64,000 nt of DNA from Patescibacteria group bacterium (lineage in GTDB: Bacteria > Patescibacteriota > Patescibacteriia > UBA10025 > JAHIVO01): positions 66,216-130,215 of the forward strand of contig JBAZWB010000002.1 in NCBI GenBank assembly GCA_041660605.1, in the 5' to 3' direction. Positions 17,813 through 27,117 of this stretch are shown piece after piece. The stretch's first letter is position 1. The number at the start of each line of letters is the position of its first letter. The notes under the pieces were generated by a model. The model was given only the letters and a program-made list of their open reading frames with translations. It was not told the origin of the DNA and made no database searches. A program made the position numbers and the translations under genes.

Positions 17813-19060
17813 TTAAGCCAAACCAAGAATAGACGAGATTACCAAGGCAACCGTGGCCACAATAATACCGCCGATGGTCAGCCAGGAGACTATATTGCCA
17901 ATCGGTTTATTGACGTGCTTGCCCATGATGCGCTTGTTGTTGAGAATCTTGACGACAAAAATCAAGATGAATGGCAGGAGTATGCCGTTTAAATCCTGGG
18001 ACAAAATCATCACCCTGACTAACGGAATATGAGGTATCAAGACAAATAAACCCGAAATAATAATAGTGCCCAATATTATGGTATAAAAAGCCCGCCCGTT
18101 TTTCCAGGTAGTATTAAAACCCGACTCCCAGCCGAAGGCTTCGCAAAAAGCGTAAGCCGTGGTCGTCGGCAGAATAAAAGCGCCCAGCATTGAGGCGCTG
18201 AACAAGCCAAAAGCGAATAATAATTGCGCCATGCCTCCCGCGAGCGGCCGCAGGGCGATGGCTGCATCACCGGCATCATTTATCTGTATGCCAAATTTAT
18301 AAAGAGTGGCGGCCGCGCAGATTATTATAAAAAAACTGACAATATCTGTTATAAACGCGCCCATGAAAACTTCCGCCCGCTCAGCCCGATAGTGTTTTAT
18401 GGCCAGACCCTTGTCAACTACGTATGATTGTATAAAAAATTGCCCCCAGGGAGTGATAGTCGTTCCTATTAAAGCTATCATGGTCAGTAAAAATGGCGAG
18501 GTCCACTCAATTTGCGGGATAAACAGGCTGGAAACTGCCTGGCCGAAATCGGGTTTAATAACAAAGCCGTTGATGATATAAACGATATAAAAAGCGGAAA
18601 ATATTAAAAAAATCTTCTGGGTTGTCCTGAAAGACCCCTTATATAAAATAAACCAGATGATCAGTCCGGCCAGCGGAACGGCGATGTACTTGCTGACTCC
18701 GATAATTGAAAAAGCGGCGGCAATGCCGGCAAACTCAGCGATAACAGTGCCGACGTTCGCCACCAGCATGGTAACCATCGCAAAGGTCGTCCAGCGGATA
18801 CCGAAATTTTCACGGATTATACCGCCCAGTCCCTGCCTGGTAACAATGCCCAGCCTGACGCCCATCTCCTGGGTAACGGCCAGAGAAATCGTCACTAATA
18901 AAAGCACCCAGAGCATCTTGGTACCGAAATGAGCGCCGACGTAGGTGTAGGTAGTGATGCCACCGGCGTCGTTATCAGCGTTGGCCGAGATGATTCCCGG
19001 ACCGACAACGCTCACGAAGAAAACTATTCTTAACCAGAGCTTACGCCATTTTTCTTGCAT
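17813..19060 (-). CDS. mntH: Nramp-family divalent metal (Mn2+/Fe2+) transporter
   Basis: 415 aa; GPGIISANADNDAGGITTY signature; about 11 TM segments. Confidence 0.85.
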   Translation of the reverse strand: MQEKWRKLWLRIVFFVSVVGPGIISANADNDAGGITTYTYVGAHFGTKMLWVLLLVTISLAVTQEMGVRLGIVTRQGLGGIIRENFGIRWTTFAMVTMLVANVGTVIAEFAGIAAAFSIIGVSKYIAVPLAGLIIWFILYKGSFRTTQKIFLIFSAFYIVYIINGFVIKPDFGQAVSSLFIPQIEWTSPFLLTMIALIGTTITPWGQFFIQSYVVDKGLAIKHYRAERAEVFMGAFITDIVSFFIIICAAATLYKFGIQINDAGDAAIALRPLAGGMAQLLFAFGLFSASMLGAFILPTTTAYAFCEAFGWESGFNTTWKNGRAFYTIILGTIIISGLFVLIPHIPLVRVMILSQDLNGILLPFILIFVVKILNNKRIMGKHVNKPIGNIVSWLTIGGIIVATVALVISSILGLA

Positions 19061-19070
19061 AATGCATAAA

Positions 19071-20285
19071 TTAAGCTTTAGGCAGTAACTGGCTCATCAC
19101 GTCATCAATCGTTACTATCCCCAGCAGACGATGCTTGCTGTCCAGCACCGGCGCGGTCAGCAAATTGTATTTCGTCATCGTAGCGGCAATGTCCTTGATT
19201 TTTTGATGCGGGTGCAGAGGCTGAGGGTGAGGATAATGCTTCAAAATATCCCTAATCTTCATCTCCGGAGGCGAGATAACCAGCCAACGCAGTGAAAATT
19301 TTCCATGATAATATCCGTCCTCGTCAGTCACATAAACATAAAGCACGGATCTCAGTTTTGGCGAGGCATTTTTGACCTCCTTCAGCGCCTCTTGGATTGT
19401 CCAGCCAGGTCTGACCGTGGCAAAATCGACATTCATCAATCCGCCGGCGGTATTGTCGGGGTAAGACAACAATTGCTCAATTTTTTTTAGCTGGCCGCTC
19501 TTTATCTGGGATAAAAAAAGACGCGCTTCATTGCGCGGCAACACTTTTACCAAGTCAACGATTTCCGAGTCTGTCATTTTGGTTAATATCTCAGCGACTT
19601 TTTCCGGGCCAAGATACTTGACGAGAACTTTCTGCAAATTTGGGTCAACCTCCTCCAGCACCCTGGCGGCTGAATCAGCGTCCAATGAGACTACCAGTTT
19701 GCTGCCGTGTCTCAGGTTAAGATCCTCAACAATATTGGCCAAATCAGCGGGATGCAGTTTATTGAGCTTCTGCTGAGCTCTATCTAGTTTAAGTAGCCCA
19801 TGCATAAATTTTGTCTGGCGCCAGTCAATCAGATTAACTTTTAGCAGTCCTGTTTTCCCCAGCCAATCAATGCCTAAACGACGTAAAATTCCTCCCATGC
19901 CAACATCGATTCCGAGCACGCTCATTTGATCATTGACTACACCGATACGTAAATCATTTACGCGTACCACCCGCACCCCGGCGATATCGACTATCTGCTG
20001 ATCAAGCACGTCTTTTTTCAGATAAACCAGGCCTTCGGCCACTCTCTCCTGGACATGAACGGAATTATAGAGATTCTTCAGGGTAATTTCTTCCCGGCTG
20101 ATAGTCTCGACATATTCATAAGGAATAAAAATCAAATCTTTGCTTTTTGCCTTTAAAATTGCTAAAAACTCCAAGGCCGGGTATTCACCGGATTTTGGAA
20201 TGACTAAAATATCCTGCAGTTTACCTACTTTCTCGTCAGAGCTGTCTTTGACTTGTCTGTTTAATAAATGGCTTAAATAAGGCAT
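19071..20285 (-). CDS. MgtE-like cytoplasmic regulatory protein (PRC-barrel-like + MgtE N-domain + CBS pair), with no transmembrane pore domain
   Basis: 404 aa; YPDNTAGGLM CBS-region motif of MgtE; no hydrophobic C-terminal segment; stop 11 nt before the Nramp start. Confidence 0.65.
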   Translation of the reverse strand: MPYLSHLLNRQVKDSSDEKVGKLQDILVIPKSGEYPALEFLAILKAKSKDLIFIPYEYVETISREEITLKNLYNSVHVQERVAEGLVYLKKDVLDQQIVDIAGVRVVRVNDLRIGVVNDQMSVLGIDVGMGGILRRLGIDWLGKTGLLKVNLIDWRQTKFMHGLLKLDRAQQKLNKLHPADLANIVEDLNLRHGSKLVVSLDADSAARVLEEVDPNLQKVLVKYLGPEKVAEILTKMTDSEIVDLVKVLPRNEARLFLSQIKSGQLKKIEQLLSYPDNTAGGLMNVDFATVRPGWTIQEALKEVKNASPKLRSVLYVYVTDEDGYYHGKFSLRWLVISPPEMKIRDILKHYPHPQPLHPHQKIKDIAATMTKYNLLTAPVLDSKHRLLGIVTIDDVMSQLLPKA

Positions 20286-20475
20286 AGCTATTTGCCATTA
20301 ATGGCCAATAATTGTAGAAAAGAATTTAAGGGGGAGTTTTTAAACTCCAACTTCCTAGCTTAGGTCGGGGTGCCGGGACCCCGCACCACTGCTGGGTACG
20401 GGGCAAGCTTGTCACCCTTCGGGTGATCCCCCAAAGGGGGAAACTTGCGATCTCAAGCATATTTTTTCCGAAAAT

Positions 20476-20515
20476 CGGGGTACTGGGACTCGAACCCAGG
20501 GTCTTCCCGCAACAG
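20476..20515 (-). pseudogene. tRNA 3'-half fragment (T-arm CTGGG-TTCGAGT-CCCAG + acceptor TACCCCG-A) followed by a T-run
   Basis: Reverse complement reads CCACTGTTGCGGGAAGACCCTGGGTTCGAGTCCCAGTACCCCGATTTT; same acceptor 3' strand as the adjacent tRNA-Pro. Confidence 0.5.
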
Positions 20516-20592
20516 TGGTCGGGGTAGTGGGACTTGAACCCACGGCCTCATGCACCCCATGCATGCGCGCTAGCCAACTGCGCCATACCCCG
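20516..20592 (-). tRNA. tRNA-Pro (anticodon GGG) with encoded CCA
   Basis: Manual fold: acceptor CGGGGTA/TACCCCG, D-arm GCGC-AGTTGGCTA-GCGC, anticodon arm CATGC-ATGGGGT-GCATG, T-arm GTGGG-TTCAAGT-CCCAC, discriminator A, CCA. Confidence 0.8.
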
Positions 20593-20689
20593 ACCACTGT
20601 TGCGGGACGCGCTACGCCTCAGCCAAAGGCTGATCCCCGCCCACCTGCTATCGCAGATAGCGGGCGCGGCGCCTATGGTGGAAACTTCG

Positions 20690-20945
20690 CTATACCCCGT
20701 TTTTTGGAAAAAACATGCGCGATAGTTTACCCCGTATCCCGAGTGAAACGAGTGGTACGGGGCCAACGGAGTTTACCCCGCCGTATGGCGGGGCCATACC
20801 CCGACCTGAGCTATGAAAAATCTTGCACCTTTACCCCGCATCATCTGACCCTGAGCGGAGTCGAAGGAGAAGAATGGTGCGGGGCCATGCATGCTCGTTA
20901 GTTTACCCCGACCTAAGTTATGAAAAACCTTACACTTTTGGCCCA
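20690..20945. repeat. Tandem direct repeats (~120-bp period) each carrying copies of the tRNA acceptor/5'-flank (TACCCCGACC) and a 35-nt unit CCCCGACCTRAGYTATGAAAAAYCTTGCAC
   Basis: taccccg occurs at least 6 times; gccataccccgacc at 20582 is duplicated near 20775; 35-nt unit at about 20786 and 20905. Confidence 0.5.
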
Positions 20946-21061
20946 GTTATTTTTTCGGTACCTACGGCGTTTCTATTATTTAATGATGCTTTTTTAAAAT
21001 TATTTACCTAAATCGCCAAACTGAATAACAATTATAGCGTAAAATATTGTATTTGTAAAAT

Positions 21062-21090
21062 AAAAATCCCGACATGGAGCCGGGATTTTT
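21062..21090 (-). terminator. Bidirectional rho-independent terminator hairpin (A-run / stem / T-run)
   Basis: aaaaatcccgacatggagccgggattttt just downstream of the 21129 stop. Confidence 0.5.
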
Positions 21091-21128
21091 GGGCAAAACA
21101 AGGTGACGTTACAGGCTCAGCTGTCTGC

Positions 21129-21326
21129 CTAATCAGTAGTTTCGACCGGATCGCGAACAATCGTTCTGCGAAAACCACAGGGATTACTGACAGTACAAAC
21201 AAGCTCCTCGCCGTTTCCCGCCATCGCGTCATGCGTTGGACGGATTATCAATGTGCCGCGCCCACATGTGCAGCCCTTACCTTCGTTAGACAAAGCCTCG
21301 CTTCTGATGATCTCCTGTGCTGGCAT
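21129..21326 (-). CDS. Small Cys-containing protein, hypothetical
   Basis: 65 aa; strong SD (AGAGGAGG) 6 nt upstream of ATG; GKGCTCGRG...CTVSNPCGF; second gene of a two-gene operon. Confidence 0.45.
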   Translation of the reverse strand: MPAQEIIRSEALSNEGKGCTCGRGTLIIRPTHDAMAGNGEELVCTVSNPCGFRRTIVRDPVETTD

Positions 21327-21348
21327 TGCTACCTCCTCTTGAGTAAAT

Positions 21349-21558
21349 CTAAGGTACTATCTTTCTTTTTTCTACTTTTAACGAATATTTGCGGGATCCC
21401 GGTACCCGTTTCAGGAGATAGGCGTCCCCGCATTGCTGACACATGACGCCAATCTCCGTTTCTGTGTCAATTATCTTACGTGCTGCTCCGTGGCAGGTTG
21501 ATGGCTGCTGGAGCATGTGTGCAATCATCTCCCGATAACACTCTGGGTGCTTGCCCAT
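21349..21558 (-). CDS. Small zinc-ribbon-like protein (C/H x4), hypothetical
   Basis: 69 aa; SD GAGGAGG 5 nt before ATG; C7, C22-H23, C39-x2-C42; basic C-terminus. Confidence 0.5.
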   Translation of the reverse strand: MGKHPECYREMIAHMLQQPSTCHGAARKIIDTETEIGVMCQQCGDAYLLKRVPGSRKYSLKVEKRKIVP

Positions 21559-21825
21559 TAATCCTCCTCAAAAGAAATTTGGTTCTTCCCTCATAATAAA
21601 AAAATTAGCCACCTGATGGCTAATCTGTAAGTCCTTTATTTTATTAGAAAACTACAGACTAACCATCAAGCCGCTAATTATAATAATAATTGCAATAACA
21701 ATACCCGCACCTATCAGGGTGAAATTCTCGTTATATATTTTGGCACTGTTTAATTGCATATTTTTTTCCACAATTTGGCTGAAATCAGTATAGCAAATCC
21801 CGCAAAACTGTCAAAATTACATTTT

Positions 21826-22422
21826 TTAAAACATTATTTCCTCGTCAGCCCGCCTGTAATCATGAATCTCATTCTTTCGGAACCAAAGCTGTTCTTCAAA
21901 TTTCGCCTCTTCAACATTTCCGGAAGCGTGGATCAGATTTTTAACCGTTCGCTTGTTCCTATTGGCTAATATCGGCGAATCAAGGGAATAATCGCCGCGG
22001 ATGGTACCGGGCTGGGCAAAGCGAGGCAAGGTATTACCCACCATCATTCTGACCGCATCAACCGCGTGTATGCCCTGTAATAAAATAGCCACTACCGGGC
22101 CGGAGCTTAAGAATTCCATATTCCACTTCCTGACCATTTTTCCAATTTCATACGGATCCTTTGTGCCCAGCTCTTCATTCGGATCCTGTCCGTATTCTTC
22201 ATAGCTTTTCAGAGTTTTTTGTCCGACATTAGTTAAATATATTTTTTCATCCGGGTAATGCTTGGCTACCATATCCTCATTCACCCAGACCATTTTCAGG
22301 GCGGCAATCTTAAAACCTGCCTTTTCAAAGCGCGATAATAATTCACCCACAAGAGCTCTTTTTACCGTATCAGGTTTAAATAAAACTACCGTTTTTTCTA
22401 ATTGCGGGTTTTCGCCTGGCAT
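21826..22422 (-). CDS. ndk: Nucleoside diphosphate kinase (long form with insertion)
   Basis: 198 aa; KTVVLFKPDTVKRALVGELLSRFEKAGFKIAALK and NLIHASGN active-site His context. Confidence 0.8.
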   Translation of the reverse strand: MPGENPQLEKTVVLFKPDTVKRALVGELLSRFEKAGFKIAALKMVWVNEDMVAKHYPDEKIYLTNVGQKTLKSYEEYGQDPNEELGTKDPYEIGKMVRKWNMEFLSSGPVVAILLQGIHAVDAVRMMVGNTLPRFAQPGTIRGDYSLDSPILANRNKRTVKNLIHASGNVEEAKFEEQLWFRKNEIHDYRRADEEIMF

Positions 22423-22426
22423 ATTT

Positions 22427-22849
22427 TTATTTCTTCTCTCTCTTAGTTAATAAATATTTTACTTTTTCCACGATTTCAGCCGGCGTGTGGTTGGCTTTGA
22501 TGAAATAGTCATCAGCTCCCAATTCCTGCCCTTTTTCCACGTCTTCGGACTGGCCCAGGTTGGTCAGCAATAAAATATGCGTACTGCCCATGCTGGGATC
22601 TTTTTTCAATTCACGCAGTACGGCAAAACCGTCAAGCTTGGGCATAATGATATCCAATAATATAAGATCGGGTTTTTCTTTTTTGGCGATTTCCAGTCCC
22701 TGTGCGCCGTCTTCCGCTCTGATAACTTTCAGCCCCTCTTTGGAAAACTTAGTGATATACATGTCTGCCAGCATCTTATCGTCTTCAACCAGCAATATCT
22801 TTGATTTAAATTTCCCTGAATCGCTGGCAATGTTTTTTTTATCGGCCAT
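22427..22849 (-). CDS. Stand-alone response-regulator receiver domain protein (CheY-like)
   Basis: 140 aa; ILLVEDD...LILLDIIMPKLDGF phospho-acceptor Asp context; conserved Lys. Confidence 0.8.
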   Translation of the reverse strand: MADKKNIASDSGKFKSKILLVEDDKMLADMYITKFSKEGLKVIRAEDGAQGLEIAKKEKPDLILLDIIMPKLDGFAVLRELKKDPSMGSTHILLLTNLGQSEDVEKGQELGADDYFIKANHTPAEIVEKVKYLLTKREKK

Positions 22850-22908
22850 AGTTTTTATATATTACGTTTTTATTGAATTTATTATAACAGTATTTAAATC
22901 TTTGTCAA

Positions 22909-24387
22909 TCAATCGCCCGGCTTATTTTTATGCCATACAGTCGCCTGTTCGTACTGATTGCCTGCTCTGAAAAGCAGCTCCTCGTCAAATGGCTTGGCAA
23001 TCAGCTGCAAGCCAACCGGCAAATTATTCACCGGTCCGCATGGCAGGGAAATGGCGCAAACACCGCCAATATTCGCTGGGCAGGTATAAATATCGGATAG
23101 ATACATCATCAGAGGATCATTGAATTTTTCGCCAAGCTTGAAAGCCACGCTGGGTGCTGTTGGAGTCGCCAGGCAGTCAACTTTCTTGAAAATATCTCTA
23201 AACTCCTTGGCAATCAGCTGGCGTAATTTTTGAGCTTGCACGTAATACTGGTCATAATACCCGGCTGATAAAGCAAAGGTTCCCAGGATAATCCGGCGCT
23301 TGGCTTCCGGCCCGAGGCCTTTCTCTTTTGACTGGGCGTACACCTCTTTTAAACTCGGGGCGTCAACGGACAAGCCATAGCGGATGCCGTCAAAACGCGC
23401 CAGGTTGGCGGAAATTTCCGAAGTAACTGTTATCTGATAAACAGCCAATGCGTATTTCGTTAACGGCAAACTAACTTTAACAATTTTTGCACCAATCTTC
23501 TTCAGCTGGGCGATGGCGGCTTCCACGCTTTTTTGCACTTCCGGATCCATGCCCTCGATAAAATATTCTTCTGGTACTCCAATCTTAATTCCTTTGATAT
23601 CTTTATCTAAACCCTCGATAGAAACTTTTTTATTTACCGAGGTGGAATCGCTAGCATCATAACCGGCTATGGCCTGGTATAAAATGGCGTTGTCTTTGAT
23701 ATTTTTTGTAATCGGCCCGATCTGGTCCAGTGAAGACGTCATAGCCACCAGGCCATTGCGCGAAACCCGTCCATAGGTCGGTTTTAACCCCACTACTCCG
23801 CAAAAAGACGCTGGCTGCCTGACCGAACTGCCGGTGTCGGAACCTAGCGCACCTAGGCACATATCAGCAGCCACGGCTACCGCCGATCCGCCGGAGGAAC
23901 CGCCAGGCACCCTGGTCTTGTCCCACGGATTTTTTGTTTTTTTGTAAGCGGAATTTTCCGTTGACGACCCCATGGCGAATTCATCCATATTTGTTTTGCC
24001 CAGAAAAACCGCCCCGCTCTTTCTCAATCTTTTAACCACTTCTGCATCGTAAGTAGCGATATAATTTTTCAGAATTTTTGAACCGGCCGTGCATTCATGA
24101 CCTTCGATCAGCATGTTATCTTTGATGGCCAGCGGTATGCCGGTTAAATAACTAAAATCACCAGCCTTAATCTTTTTATCAGCGTCAGCAGCCTGAACCA
24201 GCGCTTCTTTTTTAAAAACATTTAAAAAAGCATCCAGCTCTGGATCTTTTTTGTCTATTTGCTCCAGACAGTCGCGGGTCAGGTCAGCAGAGGAAAATTC
24301 CTTTTTCTTCAGTCCCTGGTGAGCTTGTTCGATTGTAAGCTTGTTCAAAGGCATAAACGCTTGTTGCAAGTAAAAATTATTTATCAC
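22909..24387 (-). CDS. gatA: Glutamyl-tRNA(Gln) amidotransferase subunit A (amidase signature family)
   Basis: 492 aa; GGSSGGSAVAVAA amidase signature; adjacent gatC. Confidence 0.9.
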   Translation of the reverse strand: MINNFYLQQAFMPLNKLTIEQAHQGLKKKEFSSADLTRDCLEQIDKKDPELDAFLNVFKKEALVQAADADKKIKAGDFSYLTGIPLAIKDNMLIEGHECTAGSKILKNYIATYDAEVVKRLRKSGAVFLGKTNMDEFAMGSSTENSAYKKTKNPWDKTRVPGGSSGGSAVAVAADMCLGALGSDTGSSVRQPASFCGVVGLKPTYGRVSRNGLVAMTSSLDQIGPITKNIKDNAILYQAIAGYDASDSTSVNKKVSIEGLDKDIKGIKIGVPEEYFIEGMDPEVQKSVEAAIAQLKKIGAKIVKVSLPLTKYALAVYQITVTSEISANLARFDGIRYGLSVDAPSLKEVYAQSKEKGLGPEAKRRIILGTFALSAGYYDQYYVQAQKLRQLIAKEFRDIFKKVDCLATPTAPSVAFKLGEKFNDPLMMYLSDIYTCPANIGGVCAISLPCGPVNNLPVGLQLIAKPFDEELLFRAGNQYEQATVWHKNKPGD

Positions 24388-24424
24388 TTATACTAGTTAC
24401 TAAAAACTAGTGGCTAATTACAAC

Positions 24425-24712
24425 TTATTCTAAAACCGGCTTAACTTTATTTAAATTTCCGGACTTGTGCGGAAACTGCTTAATAATTTTTCCCACGTCT
24501 TTAAATTGCTGAACCTTGTCTTCGCGCCAGACATTTTTCAAATCAGGCAGATAAGACGCATCTTTTACTTTCGTGGTGTCTACCTCCTGGATTTGTTTGA
24601 CGTAATCTAAAATGGAAGAAATCTGCTCGGCAAATTTCTCTTTTTCACCTTCGGTTAATTTTATTCTGGCAAGCGTGGCCAGCTTTTCAATATCCTTTTT
24701 TTCGAAATTCAT
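24425..24712 (-). CDS. gatC: Asp/Glu-tRNA amidotransferase subunit C
   Basis: 95 aa; typical GatC N-terminus (DIEKLATLARIKLTEGEKEKF). Confidence 0.8.
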   Translation of the reverse strand: MNFEKKDIEKLATLARIKLTEGEKEKFAEQISSILDYVKQIQEVDTTKVKDASYLPDLKNVWREDKVQQFKDVGKIIKQFPHKSGNLNKVKPVLE

Positions 24713-24804
24713 AACAAAATTATACCATTTAATATTTGACGCTACAAACTAACCGGAGAATAAAACTCTTCAGAGACCGCCATTATAAAAAATTTAAAAG
24801 AAAA

Positions 24805-25005
24805 AGGAGTGAGGAGGAATGATCCCGCCGATAGGCGGGACCGCGTTGTACTGTGTAAGCGAACGCAGCGAAGTCTCGCCGCAGGCGGACGAAGCGAGGA
24901 GCGAGTTTACAACGCGGAATGACGACGAGCCCTTTTTCGATAATTTTTTATACAGGCGGCAACTCTTTTGCTTCTTTTCTGTTTGCACAGAAAAGAAGAA
25001 ATAAA
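24805..25005 (+). ncRNA. Structured intergenic repeat element, copy 2 (candidate ncRNA; strand uncertain)
   Basis: Same ~95-nt core as 17505..17762; the 5' hairpin has different sequence but conserved hairpin structure (tcccgcc-gata-ggcggga vs ggttgccc-atgggcaacc); perfect 11-bp 3' hairpin cttcttttctg/cagaaaagaag. Confidence 0.4.
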
Positions 25006-25032
25006 TTAATACCAAGAAAAGTAAAACCAAAA

Positions 25033-27066
<2,034 letters not shown>

Positions 27067-27117
27067 TTATAATTCTTAATGTATATTTTATTAATTATTC
27101 ATTATACATTATTAATT

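Noticed and set aside
20364-20389. Possible second tRNA upstream of tRNA-Pro (CGGGGTGCCGGGACCCCGCACCA)
   Set aside because: Only a T-arm-like minihelix with a CCA-like tail. There is no D-arm or anticodon arm, so it cannot be a functional tRNA. It is kept as part of the hotspot description.
20515-20901. 128-aa plus-strand ORF (and the 20534, 20548 and 20823 ORFs) across the tRNA-Pro region
   Set aside because: They overlap the tRNA gene and tandem repeats, have no ribosome-binding sites, and their repeated peptides merely mirror the DNA repeats.
21032-21232. 66-aa minus-strand ORF overlapping 21129..21326 in another frame, and the plus-strand 21231..21446 ORF
   Set aside because: No Shine-Dalgarno sequence; both overlap the two well-supported small genes, which do have strong SDs.
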